NCBI GenBank assembly: GCA_965218785.1
Contig: OZ244650.1
Span: forward strand, 64,001 to 128,000
Direction: 5' to 3'
Source of the DNA: Nitrosopumilus sp.
GTDB lineage: Archaea; Thermoproteota; Nitrososphaeria; Nitrososphaerales; Nitrosopumilaceae
Length of the DNA stretch: 64,000 bases
A program made the translations under genes and the position numbers. Each line of letters opens with the position of its first letter. Position 1 is the stretch's first letter. The notes beneath the pieces are model-generated. The model was not told where the DNA came from. It did no database searches and saw nothing but the letters and a program-made list of their open reading frames with translations. Shown here piece by piece: positions 33,005 to 42,978 of the stretch.

Positions 33005-34339
33005 TCATTTTATCTCACGTTTTGGTAAAACATAGTTATGGTTTTTTTCTAGATAATCTATAACTAAATGATACTTTTCAGGAATAACAAAACCTCTAGT
33101 CATAAATGGTTGGTTTTCTGCAAGAGTATAAACTACATGAGATCTCTTTTCTATTGGTTCTGTTAGTTCATTATTTTTATAATATATGGAAATACTGCTT
33201 CCTTCTCCATCACCTTCATTTGAATTGTTATAGTCAGACATTAACTTGTATGATGAACGAGATGAATCATCTGTTAAGAATTCATGGTCTTCAATTCCTA
33301 TACGGTTTAAATTACTCATCAATGCAGTTTGTATTGTCTCTAACCCCTCTACCGAATTATCTGGTTTAGTTTTCACTCTGGGCGATTTTTTTCTATTTGA
33401 TATTGGCGAATAAGTTTCCCAGTAGGGCTTTCTGTTCTTAATCATGTCTGCAATAGTTTTAACTTTATCAGGATTCGACTTTTTAAAAATTTGATTCAGA
33501 AACCATCTGTCATCACATTGAATGAATTTTTCAATTCCTGAACTACTTTCCAAGTCATTTAATTTTGGATATTCAAGTAAATCATTTTCCATTAAAATTT
33601 CTCCACATCTACGTAACATTAATTCAAAAGCTCTCTTTGTCTTATGAAAATACACTTGTTGATACATTTGATATCTGGCAAAAATTAATTGTTCTACAGC
33701 CTCATATCCACCTTGAAGAACTACAAATTTGTTCTTTACAACAGCTAATTGTCCAATAATTCTTTTTAAATCATATTCTCCATAAGATACTCCACAATAG
33801 TATGAATCTCTTAGTAAATAATCTAATCTGTCTACATCAAGTTGTCCACTAACAATTTTGCTAAGATAATGTTCTTTTGGATATGCACCTTCAATTAAAT
33901 TATTTACAGCATCTGGATCCACTCCTGCTTTTTCCAAAGTCTCTCCAAAGTGATGTTTAACAAGTTTTTGAGAGTATTTTTCATGTTCAACTTCAAGAAT
34001 ATTCTCTAAAGAATGTGAAAATGGAGCATGTCCTACATCGTGTAAAAGAGCCGCCATTCGTAAAGTTGCCTTATCATTTTCATCAGCATGAAAATCTTCT
34101 CCTAATTCTTTTGTATTTTGTTTTAGAGCATTAAATGCAAGACCAGCAATATGAGCAGCACCTATCATATGCCCAAAACGCGTGTGTTCTGCTCCATGAT
34201 AAACGTAATATCCCAAACTAAGTTGTTTGATATTATGTGTACGCTGAAAAACAGGATTATTGATAATCTCCAATTCTTCTGGGCTTATATGAATAAAACC
34301 ATGTATTGGATCACGAAATTTTTTACTTTTGCTTGACAA
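33005..34339 (-). CDS. HD-domain dNTP triphosphohydrolase-like protein (SAMHD1/YwfO family)
   Basis: RDPIHG, KQL, HTRFGH, LLHDVGHAPFSH, DVDRLDYLLRD, VYFHK. Confidence 0.92.
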   Translation of the reverse strand: MSSKSKKFRDPIHGFIHISPEELEIINNPVFQRTHNIKQLSLGYYVYHGAEHTRFGHMIGAAHIAGLAFNALKQNTKELGEDFHADENDKATLRMAALLHDVGHAPFSHSLENILEVEHEKYSQKLVKHHFGETLEKAGVDPDAVNNLIEGAYPKEHYLSKIVSGQLDVDRLDYLLRDSYYCGVSYGEYDLKRIIGQLAVVKNKFVVLQGGYEAVEQLIFARYQMYQQVYFHKTKRAFELMLRRCGEILMENDLLEYPKLNDLESSSGIEKFIQCDDRWFLNQIFKKSNPDKVKTIADMIKNRKPYWETYSPISNRKKSPRVKTKPDNSVEGLETIQTALMSNLNRIGIEDHEFLTDDSSRSSYKLMSDYNNSNEGDGEGSSISIYYKNNELTEPIEKRSHVVYTLAENQPFMTRGFVIPEKYHLVIDYLEKNHNYVLPKREIK

Positions 34340-34434
34340 TAGATTTCATTATTGTTTTGTAACAAGAAGTTCATAAACCTGATCTTTTATGCGATCAGCT
34401 AAACTCTTAACTTTTAGTCTACATAACAAATTTA

Positions 34435-34908
34435 GTGGATGAATTTAGACCTAAACACACTATTTCTGATAACAAGAAATTCCAAGATGATCGGGACAAA
34501 CTAGGTCATTTAATCATAGGTAAAATGAACACTACCGGCGGGACTGATATTGATTGGTTGATTGAACATAGAGGAGGTTTTATTATAATGGAAAACAAAA
34601 CCTTTTCACAAAATAAAATATCTATTCCTAGGGGACAGATGATCGCATTTGAAAATTTGCACACAAAATTAAACTCTGATGGCAAGTGCCATTTTCTATT
34701 CTTTGGATTTGATGATATTGATTTTAAGAATCCAGAATCTATTATTTGGTATTTCGATATGGAAGATTGGAAGGATAAACGAATTCCTAACGAATACGAT
34801 GAAAGATACAAACGGCATTTAATTCAAAGGAAGTCCATGAAGTCCATTACTTTGCAGGGATATAGAACCCTCATGGAAAAATACTGGAAAGAGTTTGAAA
34901 ACCCTTAA
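34435..34908 (+). CDS. putative PD-(D/E)xK nuclease
   Basis: TDIDWLIE...IMENK motif; 157 aa. Confidence 0.6.
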   Translation: MDEFRPKHTISDNKKFQDDRDKLGHLIIGKMNTTGGTDIDWLIEHRGGFIIMENKTFSQNKISIPRGQMIAFENLHTKLNSDGKCHFLFFGFDDIDFKNPESIIWYFDMEDWKDKRIPNEYDERYKRHLIQRKSMKSITLQGYRTLMEKYWKEFENP

Positions 34909-34932
34909 TTCCTAGTTTTATTTTATAGAATC

Positions 34933-35127
34933 ATGCATGTGGGAGAATGTCCAATATGTCAACAAAAGGGTGTCGAATTAGCCATACACCATGTGGTTGA
35001 AGCCCCGGATGAAAATGGCAAAGCTCCCAGCATTAATCTATGCAATGACTGTCATGACAAACACGAAAAATATCGCAACTATCTAAGAGATATTTGTAAA
35101 ATAGATATTGACAAGACAACAAAATAA
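34933..35127 (+). CDS. minimal HNH-like zinc-binding protein
   Basis: CPIC...HH...LCNDCHDKH; paralogue at 48438-48650. Confidence 0.7.
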   Translation: MHVGECPICQQKGVELAIHHVVEAPDENGKAPSINLCNDCHDKHEKYRNYLRDICKIDIDKTTK

Positions 35128-35163
35128 CTCAATCCAAGCCTTCCTACTCAAAATCGATTCTCC

Positions 35164-36318
35164 TGTCCAAAAAGTAGTTCACTCCCCTCCCCACATGAGA
35201 AAAAATGGAGACATATTGGCAAAAGAAGCATACGCGTCATGGTAAAACTAGACGAATTCAAAATCCGATGGATAATAAATCAGAAGAGAAAGGTGCTGCT
35301 GTCAAACAGGGAGATTGCATCACAGTATGACATATTCGTACACTGGATCCAGAAACTCTGGGCACGATACGCAGATCAAATCCGCAGCTATCTCATATCC
35401 ACTGTCGATGGGAAGATCCATCTCAGGCCTTCCTAGCAGAAGAGAGCATTTTGCCACGATATGGGCACATCACATAAACGGAGCAGGCGTGGTAACCATA
35501 CAGGAACAGATCAAAGAAAAGATCGGAATACACATACCACACAACACCATACACCATGTGTTAAGGAAGATGGGTCTTGCTGAATAAAGTCCGAAAAAAT
35601 CAAGAAGGCGGACATGGGTACGATACGAACGTGACTATTCAAACTCCATGTGGCATACAGACTATAAACAGCTAGTGACGGCAGATGGTTCATTGCATAC
35701 GAGGATGACGCATCGAGATTCATAACGGGATACGGTGTATTTGAGCGTGCAACCACACAAAATGCTTTGTCTGTACTGCATAGGGCGATAAAAGATCACG
35801 GCTCACAGTTTTATTCAAACGCGTCTGAATACAAGAAAAAGGAGGCATCAGAGTTTGAGCAGGATTTGGTACGTCTGGAAATACGGCACATACTTGCCGG
35901 TGTGGAGCATCTCAGACAAACGACAAGCTCGAACGGTTCCATGGTAAGCTGCAGCATAAATTACATCTGTTTGAACCTGTCACAGACGACCCGCCATCAT
36001 GTCCTCCCACGTGATATGTGGAGACAAAAGATGATCCCACAGACAGAGGAAGCGCGGTAAGAAGGTTTGTCCAATGTCATAACGAGATAAAGTATCACAT
36101 GTAGCTTAACATACATGAGACTCCGGCACAGGCGTTCCTACGAAAGATGCTCTAACCGGAGGAGGGAAGGTTATGGATTCACAGCCAGGTGAAATGTACG
36201 CTGTGAAAAGATTCTCGAGTGAAAATACTAGCGGTGGGTAGACGAGGGGAAAAACTAATGAAAGACAGGAGACAAAGAGATGACATGCGTGATTTAGAGA
36301 TGAATTACTTTTCGTATT
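35164..36318 (+). mobile_element. IS481-family element, frameshifted transposase
   Basis: Imperfect terminal IRs tgtccaaaaagtagttca / tgaattacttttcgtatt; fragments encode HTH, WVRYER...WHTDYK, YEDDASRF, DHGSQF. Confidence 0.85.
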
Positions 36319-36385
36319 CTATATCATCATATCACATATGATCAATTTTTAAAACTTGTAAATACTTGTTATTGATATTAAATGC

Positions 36386-36673
36386 ATGCGGCCTCTTCTT
36401 TTTGATGAAATGTATGAGGGAAAGGCAGAAGAATTTAGAAAATTAGGATACCAGGCCGTAAGTGTAAGAGAACTAAGAGGCATGGGATTTCATATCCAGT
36501 ATGATTATTCAGTAATTTCATATGCCAATGATAACTGTATGATTTTGATTACTGAAGACAAAGAAAACTATGGAGGCTGTATAGAAAACCAAATCCCATG
36601 TGTACAATTGGGACAGAACCCTTCAAATGAGGAAATTCTTGAAAAACTAAAGAAATTTGAAAATTTACCTTGA
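36386..36673 (+). CDS. small PIN-like protein (DUF5615-like), copy 2
   Basis: Near-identical to 31962-32249. Confidence 0.75.
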   Translation: MRPLLFDEMYEGKAEEFRKLGYQAVSVRELRGMGFHIQYDYSVISYANDNCMILITEDKENYGGCIENQIPCVQLGQNPSNEEILEKLKKFENLP

Positions 36674-36943
36674 TTTGTACTTGATCTTCTAATGAAAAAA
36701 TCTGGAAATCATTTTTTATGCAATAATCATATTTGAATGTGGAATCCAAAAAATAGTTTAGCACTGAATCACGCATGATCTCAATGTTGTTGTTTCTCAT
36801 TAATCATCCTCTCTTGGATTCATCCACACGTCGATATATCCACTTGGAATCTCTTCAAATAAGGGGGATGAATTACTTTTTGGGCAATAGAGATTTTATT
36901 ATTCATCCAAAATTTAATATGCATCATCTCGAGGAGGAATACT

Positions 36944-37258
36944 ATGTCACTGTTGATTAAGGAATCCGTATACGTTGAATTAGAAATTACAGAACATCTT
37001 GTTCCTACAGACGGAAGTATATGCACTGTTGATAATCATGATGCATGTGATTGGAAAAAAGTGTTGAAAACTGAACTTGAACAATTATTTCCAGAAATTG
37101 AGATTACTAATCCTGAATCTAAAAACAATGTAATCTATTTCACAGTATCTTATAGTAACCGAAGTGCACAGAAAGCTGATATCTTAAGTAAACTGGATTT
37201 ATTTTTCAATTATTATCCGATGACAGCAGTCAAATCTGTTAATGTTACTCAAAAGTAA
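36944..37258 (+). CDS. hypothetical protein
   Basis: 104-aa ORF with gaggagg upstream of ATG. Confidence 0.6.
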   Translation: MSLLIKESVYVELEITEHLVPTDGSICTVDNHDACDWKKVLKTELEQLFPEIEITNPESKNNVIYFTVSYSNRSAQKADILSKLDLFFNYYPMTAVKSVNVTQK

Positions 37259-37324
37259 TCTGTCTGAATTTTATAACATCACCCTTGACTCACTAAAATT
37301 AGATTCTGTCTCACCTATTCTATT

Positions 37325-37676
37325 GAGTTTTATGACCTTGGATATTTGAGGGTGGAAAAAGTCTTTCTAGAAAAAATCAACATCTGCCATACAAGAAAAA
37401 GAAAGGAAGAGTTAACCTACTATCAAAAGGATTGGAATAAATTAGTCTAAAATTAGAATCAAAGTAGAACACGTAATAAATAAAATCAAGAAATTTCGGA
37501 TCAATTCTGACAAGTTTAGGAACATGCTGTGTAGATATGATGTAATCAGTGACATTGTATGTGGAATTATCAATTTCAAAATACGATGGAAGCAATAATC
37601 TGTTGTGATTCCATAAAATCAAAAATCAAATACAAGAAAAGGTAAGGTATTATTTGTAATTACGCAAGAGGTCTAA
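37325..37676 (+). mobile_element. IS5-family (ISL2-like, DDE_Tnp_4) 3' remnant
   Basis: Fragments YDLGYL and RIKVEHVINKIKKFRINSDKFRN; end sequence ttacgcaagaggtctaa. Confidence 0.7.
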
Positions 37677-37884
37677 TGTTCATGTGCAGCTCAAGTTATA
37701 GGAATGCTGTCATTTCTAATTCTTCATTTTCTCTTCTAATTGATCCGTTAATTGTTGCGATATCTTAGATCAAATGACATTGAAATTTCAACTTTGTGAT
37801 CTTCTTAAATTTTTCTACCAACGACTCTTGCATTATCGGGATCTACGAATATGTATAAAATAACTCAACACGTTGTTCAAACTG

Positions 37885-39552
37885 TTATTTATTAGACAAA
37901 GTAATATTGGGATATGGCCAAATCTCAATTGCATTATCTGCGAGTTTATGAGATCTCTTAATTATCTCATCTTTGTCCCATTTATCCAGATATTTCAAAT
38001 CCTGGTTCAGTCTGATTGGACTATATGCAAATCCAATATCTGGCATGTCACGCTTTTCTAAAAATGATTTGTCACCATATTCTGAATTATATCCCGTAAG
38101 TGTAAGATTTCCAATAGTATGCAAGTACACTTCCTGAATTTCTTTGTAATCAGGTCCAAGATCATCAATCCAAGATTGAGACAGGTTTGGATTTTGAGGC
38201 ATAATGTGCTCTAGGGTAACCCATTTAGAAATCTCTTTTTGATTGTGATTTTCTAGTTTTTCAAAGAGATAGTGTCTATTTCGAAAATAATACACATTTC
38301 TATCAACAAACCTATTTTTAAATTCAATATCACTGGGAAATCTGGAGCGTCCTACAAAATCTGTTAATTGATTTTTTAAATCATAAAGATAATCTGTCCC
38401 AATAGATCCATGAGATAATGCTGCAAATATCTTATTAAGAGAATTTGTAGGAACATCGCAAATGACACGTCTAAACACATAGTTTTCAATCATTTTAAAG
38501 ATATTCAAAAGATCTTCTTTTGAAAAATATTTTTTATCAAAATCAGCTAGCACACGCAACAAAAATGGATATGCAACATTAACTTCCAACGTATTAATAT
38601 TATCAATAACTTGTTTTAGTTCGGGATCAGATTCTGAGTTAAATGCCAATCTAGAATATAGTTTTCCAAAGTATAAAATCTCCGAGATTATCTCTTTGAT
38701 TGTGTCCTCATTAGGTGAAAAATAATTTCTAAAATTTTCATAGACTCTGCGGATGTTTGGGATTTTTCCAGTTTTTAATGTAAGATAATGGCGGATGAAT
38801 TTATCAAAATGGGTAGTTTTGTTATCAATGCTAAAGATATTTTCTAGAGGGTACCAATATTTGTCATAGATATGATTCTGCAGGTCAGGACTTAGATTCA
38901 TCAGAATATAATTTCGGATCAAATCTGATTGTGATAATTCAAGTCCTGTAGAATTGAGAGACTCGAAGATTTGCTGAGGATCATCATTATTTCTTAAAAG
39001 CGCTACATTAACAACAAATAATTTATTCAGTCCCGCCAATATCTTTGAAGAAGATATTCCACTCGTTGCAATACTTTCCTTAAAAAATGAAAAATTATTA
39101 TATACATTTCTTGAATAGTTTTCAGGTAATGGACATTCACCCAAAATATGATACAATGTTTCTTTATCCCTTTTTGTCAATACTAGTTTATGGTATCTGT
39201 CTTTTTTCTCTTTCTCATTTACTAGATAATAATCTGTAATTCGTGTCTTATCATACTCACTAGATATCTCTAAAATGGCAATTAAAAGCAAGTATATGCT
39301 AGTCAGGCGCTGTTGCCCATCAATGATCAGGAGCTGTGGAATAATTCCAGGCTGTTGCATATCATCAGAGATATGCACAATAGACCCAATAAAATGACTG
39401 GTTTGTGATGAATTATCTGATACACGTATAATGTCATCCCATAATTGCTTGCAATGTTTTTCAGTCCAGCTGTACTTTCTCTGAAATATAGGAACTATAA
39501 ACTGGTTTTTATCATCTAAAAATTTTAACAGTGGTGTTTCAGTTGCCTTCAT
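37885..39552 (-). CDS. GmrSD-like Type IV restriction protein (DUF262 + DUF1524)
   Basis: VPIFQRKYSW, IDGQQRLTS, IFESLNSTG, LEHIMPQ, IGNLTL. Confidence 0.92.
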   Translation of the reverse strand: MKATETPLLKFLDDKNQFIVPIFQRKYSWTEKHCKQLWDDIIRVSDNSSQTSHFIGSIVHISDDMQQPGIIPQLLIIDGQQRLTSIYLLLIAILEISSEYDKTRITDYYLVNEKEKKDRYHKLVLTKRDKETLYHILGECPLPENYSRNVYNNFSFFKESIATSGISSSKILAGLNKLFVVNVALLRNNDDPQQIFESLNSTGLELSQSDLIRNYILMNLSPDLQNHIYDKYWYPLENIFSIDNKTTHFDKFIRHYLTLKTGKIPNIRRVYENFRNYFSPNEDTIKEIISEILYFGKLYSRLAFNSESDPELKQVIDNINTLEVNVAYPFLLRVLADFDKKYFSKEDLLNIFKMIENYVFRRVICDVPTNSLNKIFAALSHGSIGTDYLYDLKNQLTDFVGRSRFPSDIEFKNRFVDRNVYYFRNRHYLFEKLENHNQKEISKWVTLEHIMPQNPNLSQSWIDDLGPDYKEIQEVYLHTIGNLTLTGYNSEYGDKSFLEKRDMPDIGFAYSPIRLNQDLKYLDKWDKDEIIKRSHKLADNAIEIWPYPNITLSNK

Positions 39553-39791
39553 TTCAGAGTATTGTTTTGTAAGACACAATAAAAACGCATATTAAAAATA
39601 AATCATAAACATGATTCTTTGATGTTTTTCAGTGCACGGCATTGATATTGGATGGTTTACACGTGAGCAGTATTTGTTATCAACTATCGGATCACAGATC
39701 AGCATTGATTCGTCTTCAATACACGGGACATATCTTTCCTTTTCCAGACAAGAAATGTATTTGGTAGACAATAGCATACCAACCAGAATCA

Positions 39792-40364
39792 TCAACCATA
39801 TCGTACATTATCTCTTTCTTGTTTTAATTGTTCAATTTCTTGTTTTAATTGTTTAATTTCTTGTTTTAATTGTTTAATTTCTTGTTTTAAATCTTCCACA
39901 CTTTCGTCTAATGACTCAAAACCTGAACTATATGCAAATCTACTACCACTAAAACCGAATACTTTTTCTTCAGTTGTTTCTAATTTATCTAAAACAATTT
40001 GTAATTTTTGTTTAGTATTTTGTAGTTCTCTCTTAGTTGAAATTAAATCACCTTGAGTTTCAATTAATGTTTGATTTGCTTTTTCAAGTAATTTAGCATT
40101 TTTTATAACATCATCACTTGTTTTTTTGAGAATTTGAGTTGAATTATTAACTTGTGTTTGTGTATTTTTTAAATCAGATGAAAATTTCCATAAAACTCGT
40201 ACACCCAAAAATAGGCCCACTGATACTAGAATTCCACCAATAAAAGTACTAATATTAGACTCTATGAAATTTGTACCAATCAAAAAACCCCCACTAACTA
40301 AAAAAGAATCCGCAAGTATGAATTCAAATGTTTCGTATTTTGATTTGAGAATTTTGTCTTTCAA
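39792..40364 (-). CDS. 2-TM membrane protein with long coiled coil
   Basis: Two hydrophobic N-terminal segments; heptad repeats KQEIKQL near C-terminus. Confidence 0.75.
   Translation of the reverse strand: MKDKILKSKYETFEFILADSFLVSGGFLIGTNFIESNISTFIGGILVSVGLFLGVRVLWKFSSDLKNTQTQVNNSTQILKKTSDDVIKNAKLLEKANQTLIETQGDLISTKRELQNTKQKLQIVLDKLETTEEKVFGFSGSRFAYSSGFESLDESVEDLKQEIKQLKQEIKQLKQEIEQLKQERDNVRYG
39820..39890. repeat. 21-bp tandem repeat, ~3.4 copies, in frame
   Basis: Unit tgttttaattgtttaatttct at 39820, 39841, 39862 plus a partial copy. Confidence 0.92.
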
Positions 40365-40455
40365 TCGTATTTAGAAAAGACAATCTTGTTTAAAAAAACT
40401 ATTAAGGTATTATGTTATAATGATCTGTTAAATAGAATATGGTTTATATTGCAAT

Positions 40456-40758
40456 GTGACAATGTGGGCTGATTTTGTAATAACACGTGTTAGTTATAAT
40501 GAAAATAATATGAGAATAGTGAAAGTAGAATGTAAAACTGATAATGGGAAAGAGCTGATTAATCGTGAAATAAAAAATCGTTCAGTTATTGTAGATAGTA
40601 TCAATGAAGGACATACATACATTACAGCTAGATTTGTAAATGGTAAATGGAAACGTGGTGACACGATTATTGCATATTTTTTAGATGGGGAATATTTCAT
40701 CAGAACAGATGGAAATGAGACCAAATCAGATAACTTGGGCGAATTACCAACTTTTTAA
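40456..40758 (+). CDS. DUF3892 family protein
   Basis: ADFVITRVSY start and YFIRTDGNETKSDNLGELP C-terminal signature. Confidence 0.8.
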   Translation: MTMWADFVITRVSYNENNMRIVKVECKTDNGKELINREIKNRSVIVDSINEGHTYITARFVNGKWKRGDTIIAYFLDGEYFIRTDGNETKSDNLGELPTF

Positions 40759-41313
40759 CAAAAATCAGTGTACAGTTTGTCCAAAATTATCTGATCTGAT
40801 GAATTTTGACAGTCTAGAAGATCTGACAGAGACTTGGTAGGACCGGAAAGAGATAGTGAGATCTTAGAAAGTGGCAATTCTTGAGCGATTCTCAAGTGAT
40901 GGATAAGATCGATTTTTCAATCTGATGAAGATCCATATTTCTGATCTCCATAACTTTACAGTATCTATTACTCAGGAAATTCATTCATAATCATCAATAA
41001 ATAATCAGATATTTCTACTTTGATCACATGTAACTATGTGAATACTAAAGAATCCTGTTAATATGATCATAGACTATTTGTGTAACCCGGCACCAAGATA
41101 TCTTTGCCTTGAATGGGATAATCTGAACTACTGTGATAGTGGGGCACGATTCTTGATAAACCCAACCCAAATTACAGATGTCCAATTTGTGGTCAATAAC
41201 GGATAAATTATGAATATTTTGACATTCAATTTAGATTTGTTAGAATATTTTTCTAAAAGTTGTTTTTATCCTAGTACACTATTGATAAAGTATGAATTAC
41301 AACGGTGAGATTA

Positions 41314-41466
41314 TTGGGTAAAGATTCAGATGCAGCCATCGGTATAGCTCTTGGAATTTTGGGATTAGCTGCACTGATAAAATTCTCAGAAAAAGATTGT
41401 CCACACTGTTTTAAAAAAATAGCAAGAGGTACATCACAATGTCCATTTTGTGGGAATAGGATCTAA
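41314..41466 (+). CDS. small TM + zinc-ribbon protein (50 aa)
   Basis: Manual translation from TTG: MGKDSDAAIGIALGILGLAALIKFSEKDCPHC...CPFCGNRI; stop 1 nt before next ATG. Confidence 0.65.
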   Translation: MGKDSDAAIGIALGILGLAALIKFSEKDCPHCFKKIARGTSQCPFCGNRI

Positions 41467-41467
41467 T

Positions 41468-41767
41468 ATGGAAAATTTTCTTTTTAGAATTCCTAAGATT
41501 GGATCTCGTGGTCTCATAGCTCAAGGTATAGCAGGATTACTTGCATTGTTTTTATTTATGATAAATTCCGTGTTACCAGAAAAATTTTTACCTGATCTGC
41601 TTTATTGGAGTACATTTTCTTATGTCTTATTTTCATTATCCACAATGATAACTCTAGGAATACAACAAAATATCAAGACCACAGTAGATGGAGAGAAATG
41701 TCATTACTGTGATGGTGCCGTTGAAATTAACAGTTTCATATGTAAGGTTTGTGGAAAAGTACAATAA
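41468..41767 (+). CDS. 2-TM protein with C-terminal zinc ribbon
   Basis: Two hydrophobic segments then CHYC...CKVC. Confidence 0.7.
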   Translation: MENFLFRIPKIGSRGLIAQGIAGLLALFLFMINSVLPEKFLPDLLYWSTFSYVLFSLSTMITLGIQQNIKTTVDGEKCHYCDGAVEINSFICKVCGKVQ

Positions 41768-41768
41768 G

Positions 41769-42298
41769 TGTATGAAAAATATGTTAGCTAGTTATCTGCA
41801 TCATTCTCCATCCATTGAGGATTATTTTTTTTTGATTGCATCTGTGGCTTTTTTGTTTCTAAACGCCATAAATGGAGTCTTATAGTTGCCAATGTCAAAT
41901 GAAAAGTGTAGTCTTGACTCGTTGTAATAGTTCACATATTTCCTAAGGGTATGATAGTGAAATATCCCATCTTCTATTGTACTGTGAAATCTCTCCAGCT
42001 TGTCGTTTGTCTGCGGATGGTACGGTCTGGAGTTTATCAGCACGATGGCTTTCGCCAAAAACTCCTCCTCAAACAAGATAATGATATGCCAGTCAACGCG
42101 CCATATGGCATTAGAGTATTTGTGCTCAAACCGTATCTATTTGTGTTTTTTTGATTTTGCAGCAGAGCAGACTGTCACATCCTCTTTGATCAGATACTCT
42201 ACGGATTTTTCTGCAGTTTTTTTATGTTTTTTGTGATCGATGTAGTCAAATAAGCCACTATCGTCCTTCAGATCCTGGGCGGATCTACTTTTCGTACA
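41769..42298 (-). mobile_element. IS481-family element, internally deleted
   Basis: TGT...ACA ends; RPYHPQTNDKLERFH...YYNESRLH; homologous to 46453-47247. Confidence 0.85.
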
Positions 42299-42414
42299 GA
42301 AGAATTGATATCATCATAACCACATCTAAATATATGATCAAATGCTAGTCAATCAATGATCACACTTAAATCAACTAAACAACTCTCATTAAGGTTAAAT
42401 CGTCATAGGTATTT

Positions 42415-42978
42415 GTGAATCAGATGGGATTAGACGCTTTTGATGCTATTGCACTAACTATTCATGCAAATGATAATAAAATAATTAGTAAAACTACTGT
42501 ACAGAAATTAATTTATTTTCATACTGTGACAATTCCAAATTTAGATATTTCAAGTTATATTCCTCATTTCTATGGACCTTTTAATCGTGAAGTATCAACT
42601 GCATTAGAAGACATGTCTGAATTTTCTTATATTGATCAAAATATAATTTCTGGATATTATGAAACTTATAGTTACAAATTAACTGATAACGGAATTAAAT
42701 ATGCTGAATCTGCAAAACAAAAGTATTCTGATAAGTTTGAAACAATCTCTAAAACTTTACAAATATGTAAAGAATACTGTAAATTAGAACCTTCATCATT
42801 ATCATATGCTGCAAAAGCACATTATATTTTAACAAATTCTGGAGATAAATTTCAAGATAAATATTCGATAGATGATGTAAAAACAATTGCAAAAGATTTT
42901 GATTGGAATATTTCAGAAGATGATACAGTTACTGGACTCAAACTACTTCAAAATCTAAGCCTTGTCTCTGCCTCATAG
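42415..42978 (+). CDS. YwgA-like winged-helix protein
   Basis: KTTVQKLIYF, HFYGPFNREV, YKLTDNG. Confidence 0.7.
   Translation: MNQMGLDAFDAIALTIHANDNKIISKTTVQKLIYFHTVTIPNLDISSYIPHFYGPFNREVSTALEDMSEFSYIDQNIISGYYETYSYKLTDNGIKYAESAKQKYSDKFETISKTLQICKEYCKLEPSSLSYAAKAHYILTNSGDKFQDKYSIDDVKTIAKDFDWNISEDDTVTGLKLLQNLSLVSAS

Noticed and set aside
39592-39795. Cys-rich 67-aa ORF between the coiled-coil gene and gmrSD
   Set aside because: No recognisable motif and a competing ORF on the other strand; unsupported
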